Below, piece after piece: positions 1 to 9,924 of a DNA stretch of 64,000 nucleotides. The notes below the pieces were generated by a model. That model was not told the DNA's origin, ran no database searches, and was given only the letters and a program-made list of their open reading frames with translations. The position numbers and the translations under genes are program-made. Origin of the DNA: an uncultured Spirochaetota bacterium (GTDB lineage Bacteria > Spirochaetota > UBA4802 > UBA5550); the NCBI GenBank assembly GCA_963827275.1, contig CAWHAA010000004.1, positions 544,001-608,000 of the forward strand, written 5' to 3'. Every line of letters begins with the position of its first letter. The stretch's first letter is position 1.

Positions 1-11
1 AACGTATATTT

Positions 12-40
12 ATCCCCCCCAGGGGCACGGGGGGATTTTT
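12..40. terminator. GC hairpin followed by a T-run; probable intrinsic terminator of an upstream gene
   Basis: ATCCCCCC...GGGGGGAT stem followed by a T-run. Confidence 0.45.
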
Positions 41-75
41 TACCGCTTATCCAAAAAAAAATCCGGTGACAGACG

Positions 76-2913
76 GTGGCTCCAGAAACGGATTCTTCGA
101 CAGGTGATTTTTTTTCCGATGAGACCGGGGAAGGGCCCGATCTTTTTGCGACGCCGGCGGCGGAGCCGCGCAGAGGGCCCCGTGATGCCGTCAGCGGCGC
201 CGGCCATATCCTGGGGCTCATCAAATCGGCGATACCGGAATACAATCCCCGCTTCCCGCTCCGCGTGGAGGCGTACGCGCTCCAGCTCGCCTATTCCCAC
301 AACAAGATTCTCTCCCTGTCAAATTCGCGCACGAGGATACTCGCGCACCAGGTCGCGTGCGCCCACCGGGTCATGAGCGCGCTGAACCACCGGTTCCTCA
401 TCGCCGACGAGGTGGGCCTCGGAAAGACGATAGAGGCAGGCCTGATCGTCAAGGAGCTCGAGTACCGGCACCGCTACCGCCGCATGCTCATCATATGCCC
501 CGCCTCCCTCATGTACCAGTGGCAGAACGAGATGCGGAGCAAGTTCAACGACCGCTATGTCATCATGGACCGGAGGGAGATGAACCGTGTCCAGGCCGCG
601 CGCCCTGGCGCCAACCCGTGGGAGGCGCACGAAAAGATGATCTGCTCCCTCGATTTTATCAAGAACCGCCGCTACCTGAAGCTCCTCCAGAGCTCCTCGT
701 GGGACGCGGTCATTTTCGACGAGGCGCACCGCCTGCGGCGGGATTCCCGCAGGGCAACGCTCGCCTACGAGGCGGCGCAGGTCATAGCGGAGCGGGCACG
801 GGCGCTCCTTCTCCTCACGGCCACCCCGTTCAGGGGGAACCTCGACGAGCTCTATTTCCTCATCGCGCTCCTCGACCGCAACGTCCTGGGGCCCTTCCAG
901 TCCTATTATAACGATTTCTGCGTCGACAACGCCGATCTTTCGCACCTTCGTAAAAAAATCGCGCCGGTGCTGATACGCCGCACCAAGCGCGAGGTGGGCG
1001 GGTTCACCAGGCGATGCGCGCGGACCGTACGGTTCGATCTCTACCCGGATGAGCGCGCGCTCTACGACGAGACCACGCGGTACGTGGCCGAGGAATTCAA
1101 CCGCGCCATGCAGAGCGAGAACCGTGCCGTCGGCTTCGTCATGACCATATTCCAGAAGCTCCTCGATTCCTCGACCCGCGCCCTGGGGCGGGCGCTTGAG
1201 CGGCGGATGCGCCGGCTCGAGGAGCTTGCTGACCGCGCCGATATCGAGCGCCGGGTCGACCGTGAGGCCGCCATCGACGAGCCTGACATGATCGACGACG
1301 TCGATGACGTCGATGACCTGGTCTGCATTGCCGCAAGGAAAACGGTCGCCGAGATGAGGAAGGAGGTCGAGACCCTGCGCCGCCTTGTCGGCATGTCGGA
1401 GGCGATCAGGGTCAACAAGAAGGCGGAGAAGCTCGTCCGCCTTATAGGCGAGTTGAAGAAGAAAGGCCGCCGCAAGTTCCTCATCTTCACGCAGTTCAGG
1501 ACGACGCTGGAATACCTGTCCGAGGCCCTGTGCGGGTATGACGTCGAGGTGTTCCACGGCTCCCTGAACCGCGATGAGAAGGAGCGCGCCATGGCCCGCT
1601 TTAAAAACGAAGCCGAGATCCTCATCTCCACCGAGGCGGGCGGCGAGGGGCGCAACATGCAGTTCTGCAATATCATCGTGAACTACGACCTGCCGTGGTC
1701 GCCCCTCAAGATCGAGCAGCGGATCGGCAGGCTCCACCGCTTCGGCCAGGCGGAAGATGTCTTCATCTATAATTTTTCCACCAGGGACACCGTGGCGGAG
1801 CGGGTCCTGGAGATCCTCAATAACAAGCTCCGGCTCTTTGAAGAATCGATCGGCGCGCCTGACGTGCTCCTCGGAAAGATGGAGGACGAGCTGAAGCTCG
1901 GATCGCTTTTCATGGAGATGGCGGCCGGCCTCAGGACCGGACCCGCGCTCGACGACGAGGTGGAGCGCCGGATCGAGACCGCCAGGCATGAATATGAAAA
2001 GATCTCGGAGCTCGAGGTGGCGGACCACATCGATTTCAACTACGACGAGTACTACCGGATCACCATGAAGGAGCGGACGTTCTCGAACATGCGGATTGAG
2101 CGGTTCGCGGCAGCCCTCATGCGGGAAGACGGCTCCGCGTTGCAGGTCTGCGCCCCGGAGGGGGGCGGGCTGTACCGCGTCCCCCGCGATGAAGGCGGGA
2201 CCGCAGCCATGCGGCTCGGTACCTTCGACAGCGGCATGGCGCTGGAGAACGAGCAGCTCGAATTCCTCGCATTCGGCCACCCGGCGATCGACCGGCTGGC
2301 GGCGTCCTGCCGGGAAGGCTCCTTCGGCGGTTTCACCGGCATCCGGTATGTCCGGTCTGACCTTCCCGTGGAGGGCATGGTGTTCTACTTCATGACGACC
2401 TACAGTACGGTGACCGAGACCCGTGAGCTCGTCACGGTGGCTGTTATGCGCGACGGCGATCCGGACGGGGATTCCCTCGAATCGCTTGAATCGGAGCTCT
2501 GCTGCCAGGATTTCAGCGTGCCGCCGCGCGGGCCGGACCCGCGCGCAGCGGCAATCGCCGCGGACGCCGATCATTATTTCGACCGCGCCCTGGAGCGGCT
2601 CAACCGGAAGATCGCCGCGCGGAAGGAGTCCATGAGCGAGAACCTGGATATCGGCATTGACCCGGAGATGGACAGGGTCAGGGAGTCTTACGACAGCAGG
2701 ATCGCGGAGCTCGAGGAGAAGCTCGGGCTCCTCGAGGCGCAATTCAAGTGGTACGGGAGAAACATGAAGGGCGTCATCACGCGCACGAAGAACCAGATCG
2801 ATAAAGCGCGTTCCGAGCGCGAATCGCTCCTCAGAAAATACCGGGGCTACCTGGGTATCAGGCACGAGACGGGGCTCCTCTGCGCCGGCATATTCCTGTC
2901 GCGGCCCGTCTGA
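76..2913 (+). CDS. SNF2-family (RapA/HepA-like) superfamily 2 helicase
   Basis: LIADEVGLGKTIEAG (motif I), DEAH, LLLTATP, STEAGGEGRNMQF, NYDLPWSPLKIEQRIGRLHRFGQ; C-terminal coiled coil. Confidence 0.9.
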   Translation: MAPETDSSTGDFFSDETGEGPDLFATPAAEPRRGPRDAVSGAGHILGLIKSAIPEYNPRFPLRVEAYALQLAYSHNKILSLSNSRTRILAHQVACAHRVMSALNHRFLIADEVGLGKTIEAGLIVKELEYRHRYRRMLIICPASLMYQWQNEMRSKFNDRYVIMDRREMNRVQAARPGANPWEAHEKMICSLDFIKNRRYLKLLQSSSWDAVIFDEAHRLRRDSRRATLAYEAAQVIAERARALLLLTATPFRGNLDELYFLIALLDRNVLGPFQSYYNDFCVDNADLSHLRKKIAPVLIRRTKREVGGFTRRCARTVRFDLYPDERALYDETTRYVAEEFNRAMQSENRAVGFVMTIFQKLLDSSTRALGRALERRMRRLEELADRADIERRVDREAAIDEPDMIDDVDDVDDLVCIAARKTVAEMRKEVETLRRLVGMSEAIRVNKKAEKLVRLIGELKKKGRRKFLIFTQFRTTLEYLSEALCGYDVEVFHGSLNRDEKERAMARFKNEAEILISTEAGGEGRNMQFCNIIVNYDLPWSPLKIEQRIGRLHRFGQAEDVFIYNFSTRDTVAERVLEILNNKLRLFEESIGAPDVLLGKMEDELKLGSLFMEMAAGLRTGPALDDEVERRIETARHEYEKISELEVADHIDFNYDEYYRITMKERTFSNMRIERFAAALMREDGSALQVCAPEGGGLYRVPRDEGGTAAMRLGTFDSGMALENEQLEFLAFGHPAIDRLAASCREGSFGGFTGIRYVRSDLPVEGMVFYFMTTYSTVTETRELVTVAVMRDGDPDGDSLESLESELCCQDFSVPPRGPDPRAAAIAADADHYFDRALERLNRKIAARKESMSENLDIGIDPEMDRVRESYDSRIAELEEKLGLLEAQFKWYGRNMKGVITRTKNQIDKARSERESLLRKYRGYLGIRHETGLLCAGIFLSRPV

Positions 2914-2995
2914 GCCCATGACGGCATCTTTTTTTTTATTGACATTATTCCTGACGGATATGTATTGCTTGTAATATTTTTTATGCAGGGGCGCC

Positions 2996-4627
2996 ATGCA
3001 TTTCGTATCCCTAAAATACCTGTTATTTTTCATCGCGGTCGTTTCGGTCTTCTTCGCGATCCCTCAGCGGTTCCGGTGGATGTTCCTCCTTGCCACGAGC
3101 TATTTTTTCTACATGACATGGGACCCGAAGTATGCCCTCCTCCTCCTTACGACGACCACCATCGTGTACGGCACCGGCCTGCTGATGCAGGACCGCCCGC
3201 AAAATCAGAAGAAAACGCTGGCCGCCTTCAGCCTGGTTGCGAACCTGGGCGTCCTTTTTGCATTCAAGTATTATAACTTTTTCAATAACAGCATCAAAGA
3301 CCTGTTCGGCCTCTTCGGCACGACCTATGATGTGCCGGCCATGACGCTGCTCATGCCGGTGGGGATATCCTTTTACACCTTCCAGGCCCTCAGCTATACC
3401 ATCGACGTGTACCGGGGCACGCGGAAGGCGGAGCGTAATTTCGGGATGTTCGCCCTGTACGTGAGCTTTTTTCCCGTGATCCTTTCAGGACCTATCGAGC
3501 GCTCGACAACGCTCCTTCCCCAGTTCTACGAAAAGACGGAATTCAACTACGACCGTGTCGTCAACGGACTTCTGCTCATGGCGTGGGGCTTCTTCCAGAA
3601 GCTGGTCATTGCCGACCGGCTGAACGCATACACCAGCCTGGTGTACGGGAGTATCGGCGTTTCGTACGGCGAGTTCGGCGCGCTCAAGGGTCTGCCCCTT
3701 CTGGCGGCAGCGTACCTCTACCCGATACAGATCTTCTGCGATTTCTCGGGATATACCGATATCGCCATCGGCACCGCGCAGGTGATGGGGTACAAGCTCC
3801 TCCCCAATTTCCGCCGGCCTTTTCTCTCGGTCTCCATCGGGGAGCTGTGGCGGCGATGGCACATGTCGCTCATCTCCTGGATACGGGACTACCTGTACAT
3901 TCCGCTGGGAGGCAGCCGGGTCTCGCGGCTGCGGTGGTATTTTAACCTCGTTTTTGTTTTCACGATGAGCGGCCTCTGGCACGGCGCGCAGTGGACCTTC
4001 GTGACCTGGGGCGCAATGAACGGCGCCATGATAGCGGTAAGCCGGCGCACCCAGACGATACGGGAGCGGGTGCGCGACGGGATTTTCGGCGCCATGGGTG
4101 CGGTGCCTGCCGGCGCGTTTTTTGCCCTCTGCGCGGCCATGGCGCTCATCGCGGCGCTGGGCGGCAGGGCGGGGATAGCCGGCATCGGCGGCAGGGCGGC
4201 GGCCGGGGCCGGGGTGCTCCTGTTCCTTGCGCTGGGCATCATGAAGAAGCGGGGAGCGCCGTACCTGGCGTTTATTCTGAAGCTCAAGCGTTTCTGGCTG
4301 ATGTTCGCCACCTTCAACCTTTTTGCATTCGGCGGCGTGTTCTTCAGGGCAAAGAGCATGTCGGACGCCTGGTATATCCTGACCCATTTCCTCGGGACGA
4401 ATGTCCTGCACCTCTTCATTGCGGTCAAACCCCTGGATTTTTTAATCATGCTCCTGCTGATCGTCTTTCTTCTCGTTATCCACAACATACAGGAAAAGCG
4501 CGGGAGCATACGCGCGATTATACGCTCAAAACCCTTTCCGGTGCGCTGGGCGTTCTATTATCTCCTGGTCATGTCGATATTCGCCGGGATGCGCCAGACA
4601 GGCGGATTCGAGTATTTCAGGTTTTGA
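2996..4627 (+). CDS. MBOAT family O-acyltransferase (AlgI/PatA/DltB-like)
   Basis: PVGISFYTFQALSY, DFSGYTDIAIG, WRRWHMSL, SGLWHGAQWTF; multiple TM segments. Confidence 0.9.
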   Translation: MHFVSLKYLLFFIAVVSVFFAIPQRFRWMFLLATSYFFYMTWDPKYALLLLTTTTIVYGTGLLMQDRPQNQKKTLAAFSLVANLGVLFAFKYYNFFNNSIKDLFGLFGTTYDVPAMTLLMPVGISFYTFQALSYTIDVYRGTRKAERNFGMFALYVSFFPVILSGPIERSTTLLPQFYEKTEFNYDRVVNGLLLMAWGFFQKLVIADRLNAYTSLVYGSIGVSYGEFGALKGLPLLAAAYLYPIQIFCDFSGYTDIAIGTAQVMGYKLLPNFRRPFLSVSIGELWRRWHMSLISWIRDYLYIPLGGSRVSRLRWYFNLVFVFTMSGLWHGAQWTFVTWGAMNGAMIAVSRRTQTIRERVRDGIFGAMGAVPAGAFFALCAAMALIAALGGRAGIAGIGGRAAAGAGVLLFLALGIMKKRGAPYLAFILKLKRFWLMFATFNLFAFGGVFFRAKSMSDAWYILTHFLGTNVLHLFIAVKPLDFLIMLLLIVFLLVIHNIQEKRGSIRAIIRSKPFPVRWAFYYLLVMSIFAGMRQTGGFEYFRF

Positions 4628-4644
4628 AAACGTGAGGACGGGAA

Positions 4645-5574
4645 ATGATAAAATTAATATATAAATCCGCCATCCTCGCAGGGCTCGCGTTTGTTACGAT
4701 TTTCGCCGTCATATACCTGCAGCCGGTTGACCAGAACAAGTATCTTGCGGCGACCATCGACAAGCACCGCCTCCTTGAAACGACGCCGCAGCCGCGGATC
4801 ATATTCGCCGGCGATTCGAACCTCGCGTTCGGCCTCAACAGCGAAATGGTGAAAGCGGCGACCGGCTGCAATGTCATCAACATGGGGCTCCATGGCGGGC
4901 TCGGGCTCAACTACTACATGGACGAGCTGAAGCCGCACCTGAAAAAAGGCGATATCGTAATCATCGTCATCGACTACCAGAATTATTTCTTCGACGGCAG
5001 CGGCGCCAACACCCTGGTGGAGATCACCATCTTCAATCCCGGCATCATCCGCTATTATTCAACGGATTCGCTCTATAACTTCATCGTCGCGGTGCCGCTT
5101 GCGTTCCAGCGGCGTCTCCAGGGCGCCTTTTCCTCCGTGGGCGACGATATGGCGTTCATGCGCTCGGCCTTCAATGAATACGGGGACAACGTCGCGCACC
5201 TGAAGCTTCCGCAGCCGAAGCTCCTGGCGCCCGAGCGGCCGATGCCGGAGAAGGTGAGTGACGGAGTGCTCCGCCTCTATAACGGGTTCTATGATGAATG
5301 GCACCCCCGGGGCGTCCGCATATACCTTTCCTTTTCGCCCCTCCTGATACAGGACCGGGCCAAACAGGTGAAGGCCCTGGGCCTGCTCTATAAAGACATG
5401 GTAAACAGGGTGAAGATACCCCTGATAGGCCTGCCGACGGATTTCATGTATCCGGCGGATATGTTTTATGATAATATTTTCCACCTCAACGGCAGGGGAC
5501 GCGAGCTCCGCACCAGGGCGCTGATCCGGCAGATGAAAAAGATCCCCGAGCTTGCCGCCGCACCCAGGAAGTAG
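4645..5574 (+). CDS. MBOAT-associated extracytoplasmic protein, SGNH/DltD-like
   Basis: N-terminal membrane anchor, GDSN-like block, C-terminal FYDNIFHLN (DxxH); directly after the MBOAT gene. Confidence 0.6.
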   Translation: MIKLIYKSAILAGLAFVTIFAVIYLQPVDQNKYLAATIDKHRLLETTPQPRIIFAGDSNLAFGLNSEMVKAATGCNVINMGLHGGLGLNYYMDELKPHLKKGDIVIIVIDYQNYFFDGSGANTLVEITIFNPGIIRYYSTDSLYNFIVAVPLAFQRRLQGAFSSVGDDMAFMRSAFNEYGDNVAHLKLPQPKLLAPERPMPEKVSDGVLRLYNGFYDEWHPRGVRIYLSFSPLLIQDRAKQVKALGLLYKDMVNRVKIPLIGLPTDFMYPADMFYDNIFHLNGRGRELRTRALIRQMKKIPELAAAPRK

Positions 5575-5848
5575 CCGGTCACGAAGCGTCTGCTTCTGCC
5601 GGTCTGGCCCCCCCATCAGGGCGGCAGCAGGGCCCTGAAAATTAAAAATGAGAACTATATATGCTTTTGCGCGGTCAAAACCGGAGGATACGGCTCGCAT
5701 GCCGCATGGAAGAAAAAATCACGCTCATGAAAAAAAAGTTTGCCTTGCCCTGTTCTTATTGTACAAGGAACAAACGGCTCTGCAAGCATGCCGGCAGGGG
5801 CCGGGTTCATGAAAAAATTGACGTACTGGTGTTGAAAGGGGAACGGTG

Positions 5849-7198
5849 ATGAAGGGAAAAGCTGCCTCGAAATATCGCGTGCTGTATGTCTGCGCCGCCG
5901 TGCTGGCCCTGGCGATGTTGCCGGGCGGTATGGTTCGGCCCGGCGGGCCGTTTGCGGCTTCAGCGGAGGTGCCGTCGGTGCAGGCCGATGTCCGGCAGAA
6001 GAAGGACGAAATAGTAAAGAGGTACAGGGATAAAAAGGAAGAGCTTGTTCGCAGTCCGGATGAGATGAAGCAGATGCTCGCGGACATCCAGAAAAACATA
6101 AAAGAAAAGAACCTGCATTTCGTCGTCGGGATCAATGATATGATGAAGTACAAGATCTCCCGGATCACCGGAGCACAGGTGCCCGGGAACCTCGAACAGG
6201 ACGCCAGGGTGCAGTCTGAGCTGGGCAGCAGGCTGTGGAATGATTTCATGAAAAAATACCGTGACCATCTCGGAAAAAAAGGCGATGACGGGGAACGCGG
6301 CCGGAACGGGACAAAGGGCGAAAGCGAATATTATGAAGATATCGACATGGACCGGCAGACAGAAGAGGACCGGAAAGAGGAATATCAAAAAGAGAAGGAA
6401 GAATCCGCTTTCAAAGAAGAAAAAAAGATAGAAGAGGAGAAAAAAGAAGGAAAACCGGAAGAAGTGCGGACTGACATAGAAAACGCGCCTTCCCCCGATT
6501 CCTCGGCGTTTAACTGGGTCAGCAGAAACGTGGTCTCGCCTGCCAAATTACAGGGCGTATGCGGAAGCTGCTGGGCGTTCTCCCCGGCGGCCGCCCTTGA
6601 GGCGAATTTCATGATCAGGAAAAACTGGAACCTTGACCTTTCCGAGCAGCACATGCTTGACTGCGCGGAGGTGGAGCAGCCGGCATACCGGGGCGGCAGG
6701 GTGGTGGCCATAAAGAGCAAAGCGGGGACCTGCGGGGGGGGATGGTACGGGCCGGTGTTCGAGTATTACCGGACGCACAGCGTGCCCCTGGAGAGCCAGG
6801 TGCCCTACCGGTTCAAGGAGTCGACCTGCGTCGCTTCCGGGACGTCAAAATATAAGATCGTCTCCTGGGGATATGTGAAGTCAAACGCGGGGATCCCCTC
6901 GGTCCGGGAAATGAAAGAGGCCCTGTGCACGTACGGCCCCATTGTTGCCTGCCTGAAGATAACCCCCGCGCTGCAGGCGTACCGGAGCGGAATATTCGAT
7001 GAGTTCACCGAGTGCAACGGCGAGAGGGACATCAATCATGCCGTCACCATCGTCGGGTGGGACGATAAAAAGGAAGCCTACCTGGTGAAAAATTCATGGG
7101 GGGGCCTCTGGGGAGAAAAGGGCTTCTTCTGGATTAAATACGGGTGCAATAACATAGGCTACGGCGCGGCATGGGTCGTGGTCAACAGCATGGAGTAG
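5849..7198 (+). CDS. Secreted papain-like cysteine protease (family C1A) with prodomain and charged linker
   Basis: QGVCGSCWAF, LSEQHMLDC, NHAVTIVGW, KNSWG; N-terminal signal-like segment. Confidence 0.9.
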   Translation: MKGKAASKYRVLYVCAAVLALAMLPGGMVRPGGPFAASAEVPSVQADVRQKKDEIVKRYRDKKEELVRSPDEMKQMLADIQKNIKEKNLHFVVGINDMMKYKISRITGAQVPGNLEQDARVQSELGSRLWNDFMKKYRDHLGKKGDDGERGRNGTKGESEYYEDIDMDRQTEEDRKEEYQKEKEESAFKEEKKIEEEKKEGKPEEVRTDIENAPSPDSSAFNWVSRNVVSPAKLQGVCGSCWAFSPAAALEANFMIRKNWNLDLSEQHMLDCAEVEQPAYRGGRVVAIKSKAGTCGGGWYGPVFEYYRTHSVPLESQVPYRFKESTCVASGTSKYKIVSWGYVKSNAGIPSVREMKEALCTYGPIVACLKITPALQAYRSGIFDEFTECNGERDINHAVTIVGWDDKKEAYLVKNSWGGLWGEKGFFWIKYGCNNIGYGAAWVVVNSME

Positions 7199-7251
7199 CC
7201 GTGCTGCGGCGGACAGGCGGGCGATGATACTGCAAGGTGAATGGAGGCCAT

Positions 7252-7656
7252 ATGCGCGATAAACGGTTTGTGAAACATCTTCCCCTGCCGGCGCTTTTAT
7301 GCTTTGTCTTCCTGTTCTGCTTCTGCGCCAGTAAGCCCGTCATGACGCTCACCGGCGCCGATAACGGGACCAGGGTGGAGATAAAAACAGGCGATGTCAT
7401 CGAGGTGTCGCTGGAGGCGCAGCTCGGCACCGGATACGGGTGGGAGGTGGTCTCCCGGCACAACAATCTCGTCCTTGTTGGCGAACCGGTACAGGCGCCC
7501 GTTGGGAAAGCGAAGCCGGGAGGGCCGGAGCGCCAGACCTTCCGGTTTAAAGCGGTGGAAAAGGGCGAATCCGGGCTTGTGCTCCGGTATGCGCAGGGCT
7601 GGCGCGGGGATGCAGCGGCCCAGAGGGAATTCACCGTTACGGTGCTGGTAAAATAG
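7252..7656 (+). CDS. Chagasin-like protease inhibitor (family I42), probable lipoprotein
   Basis: DNGTRVEIKTGDVIEVSL..GTGYGWEV, GG..QTFRFKAVEKG..LVLRYAQGW; GGAGG RBS upstream of ATG 7252. Confidence 0.8.
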   Translation: MRDKRFVKHLPLPALLCFVFLFCFCASKPVMTLTGADNGTRVEIKTGDVIEVSLEAQLGTGYGWEVVSRHNNLVLVGEPVQAPVGKAKPGGPERQTFRFKAVEKGESGLVLRYAQGWRGDAAAQREFTVTVLVK

Positions 7657-7726
7657 CAATCAAAAAAATGCTTGTTTAATCCCGGCGCTGTACGAAAGAT
7701 ATGAATCGGGAGAAAAGAAAACGGCA

Positions 7727-8884
7727 ATGAGGATCATTAATTTTATCATATTTCTCGGCATCGTTCTCAGCATCATGGGGGCGGTGAACTACTATATCTG
7801 CCTGCGGGGATGGCAGGTCCTTCCGAGGGACCCGGCCGTGCGCATCCCGTACCTCGTGCTGTTCGTGTTTTTTGCCGTTTCATATCTGGCCGGAAGGGTG
7901 CTGGAGCGCTTCTCCATCTGTACCGCCAGCGAATGCCTCATCTGGATCGGGTCGTTCTGGTTGGGCCTCATGCTCTACCTCTTCCTCGGCGCGCTCCTCT
8001 GCGACCTGCTGCGACTCGTCAACTGGATCGCGGGGATCGTGCCGGTGCCCTCCGACCACTACACGAGGGCGAAGCAGATTGCCGCGGCGGCGGTTGCCGC
8101 GGCCGCGGTCATTGCGGTGCTGGCGGGCTTTTACAACACGCTGCATCCCCGTATCAACCGGCTCGCGATCGACATACCGAAATCCGCGGGGGGCAGGAAG
8201 TCCCTGGATATCGCCCTGGTGACGGATGTGCACCTGGGCACCATCATAAAGAACGCCCATTTGCAGAAGATGGTGGACATGGTGAACGTGATCAGGCCCG
8301 ACGTGGTGCTCCTCTGCGGCGACATCGTTGACGAGGACCTCGCTCCCGTGATACAGAACAACCTCGGCGAGCTGCTCCGCACTATCCGGTCCCGCTTCGG
8401 GACCTACGCGGTGACCGGGAACCACGAGTATATCGGCGGGGTCGATGCCGCCTGCCGGTACCTTGCCGAGCATGGCGTGACCATGCTGCGCGACAGCGCG
8501 GTGCAGATCGGCGGCACGATCTACATAGCGGGCCGTGAGGACCGGAGCATCGGCCAGTTTAACGGGGGGAGGAGGCTCCCCCTGGAGGAGCTTCTCAAAC
8601 AGGTCGATACCGCGCGCCCCGTCATCCTGATGGACCACCAGCCGTTCCGCCTCTCCGATGCGGCAGGCCGCGGCGTCGACCTCCAGGTCTCCGGCCATAC
8701 CCACCATGGCCAGCTCTGGCCCTTCAATTACCTCACCGGCCTGATCTACGAAGTGAGCAGGGGCCACAAGTTGATCAACGGTACGAACTTCTACGTGTCA
8801 TGCGGCTTCGGCACCTGGGGCCCGCCCGCGAGGATCGGGATGGTGCCCGAGGTGGTGCACCTCCACCTGCGGTTCAAGAAATAG
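7727..8884 (+). CDS. Membrane-anchored metallophosphoesterase (YkuE/YaeI-like)
   Basis: TDVHLG, GDIVD, GNHE, DHQP, SGHTHHGQ; N-terminal TM helices. Confidence 0.9.
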   Translation: MRIINFIIFLGIVLSIMGAVNYYICLRGWQVLPRDPAVRIPYLVLFVFFAVSYLAGRVLERFSICTASECLIWIGSFWLGLMLYLFLGALLCDLLRLVNWIAGIVPVPSDHYTRAKQIAAAAVAAAAVIAVLAGFYNTLHPRINRLAIDIPKSAGGRKSLDIALVTDVHLGTIIKNAHLQKMVDMVNVIRPDVVLLCGDIVDEDLAPVIQNNLGELLRTIRSRFGTYAVTGNHEYIGGVDAACRYLAEHGVTMLRDSAVQIGGTIYIAGREDRSIGQFNGGRRLPLEELLKQVDTARPVILMDHQPFRLSDAAGRGVDLQVSGHTHHGQLWPFNYLTGLIYEVSRGHKLINGTNFYVSCGFGTWGPPARIGMVPEVVHLHLRFKK

Positions 8885-8904
8885 CGCCGCGCCGGCCCCG
8901 CGTG

Positions 8905-9924
8905 ATGAACAGCCTGCATCGAACTATCGCCCTGGCATTCCTCGCGTCGCTCCTGTGCGGCGTCATGCCCCGCTGCGCCGCGCCCGCGGGCCGGGAAGGG
9001 GCTGACTACCCGCGCCGCTACGAGTTCCGCGAGGTCTGGGGCTACCTCATGAAGGGAGAGGAGAAGGAGCTGACCGGCAGCGAGCCCTTCACCGATATAC
9101 TCTACTTCGGCGTCTCGGTTGACAGGGAAGGAAAGCTCTTCGGTTCGATCGCGCCGCCGCAGCTTCCCGTCGCGGGCGTAACGCCGCGGGTCCACCTGGT
9201 CGTCTTCAAGCTGGCCGATCCGGCGCTCCTCCATACCTGTCTCGCCAAAGAAGGAGCGGTGCGTGAAAACCTGATCAACGATATCGCCGTGTCCGCGGAG
9301 AATTTCGCCGGGATCCAGATTGATTTCGAGTCGCTCCTTCCGGAGGACGGCGAGGCCTTCAACTCCTTCCTCGCGGAGCTGAAGGTGCGGCTGCCGGAGC
9401 GGGTCCTGAGCGTGGCGGTGCCGGCGCGGCTGAACGGCAACGGCAACGGGAAAAAAGCGTATGACTATACGGCGCTTGCCGGCATAGCCGACCGGGTCTT
9501 CGTCATGGCCTATGACCAGCACTGGGAGACGAGCGCGCCGGGCCCCGTGGCCTCGCTGTCATGGTGCGCCGGCGTGGCAGACTACGCGGCGTCCGTCGTT
9601 CCCCCTGACAGGCTCGTCATGGGGATCCCCCTCTACGGGAGGGCGTGGCAGGAACGCAAGGTAAACCGGGCGGTGACCCACCGGCGGGCGGTTGAGCTCG
9701 CGCGCCGGAGGCTGAAAAAACAGGCCGGGCCCGCGGAGCACGGACCGAGCTTTGAATATGTCGAGCAGGTCACCGTGAAGGTGTTCTACGAGGATACCGG
9801 GTCGATCCACGAAAAGCTGCGCCTGTACGAGTCGCACCGCGTCCCCGCCGTCGCGTTCTGGCGCATCGGGCAGGGGCCGCCCGGGTTGTGGCGCACGATA
9901 GTTATCGGCGGCGTCAGACCTTGA
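8905..9924 (+). CDS. Glycoside hydrolase family 18 protein, exported
   Basis: [38 protein letters not shown]. Confidence 0.8.
   Translation: MNSLHRTIALAFLASLLCGVMPRCAAPAGREGADYPRRYEFREVWGYLMKGEEKELTGSEPFTDILYFGVSVDREGKLFGSIAPPQLPVAGVTPRVHLVVFKLADPALLHTCLAKEGAVRENLINDIAVSAENFAGIQIDFESLLPEDGEAFNSFLAELKVRLPERVLSVAVPARLNGNGNGKKAYDYTALAGIADRVFVMAYDQHWETSAPGPVASLSWCAGVADYAASVVPPDRLVMGIPLYGRAWQERKVNRAVTHRRAVELARRRLKKQAGPAEHGPSFEYVEQVTVKVFYEDTGSIHEKLRLYESHRVPAVAFWRIGQGPPGLWRTIVIGGVRP

Noticed and set aside
76..2913. SNF2 helicase as part of a DISARM-like defence system
   Set aside because: No methylase, DUF1998 or PLD partner adjacent; the downstream neighbours are envelope genes and the upstream context is outside the window.
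319..3033. Long antisense ORFs (904 aa here; also 17054..18589, 19325..20698, 39517..40707, 57216..58457)
   Set aside because: Shadow frames of well-supported genes in GC-rich DNA, with no recognisable motifs.
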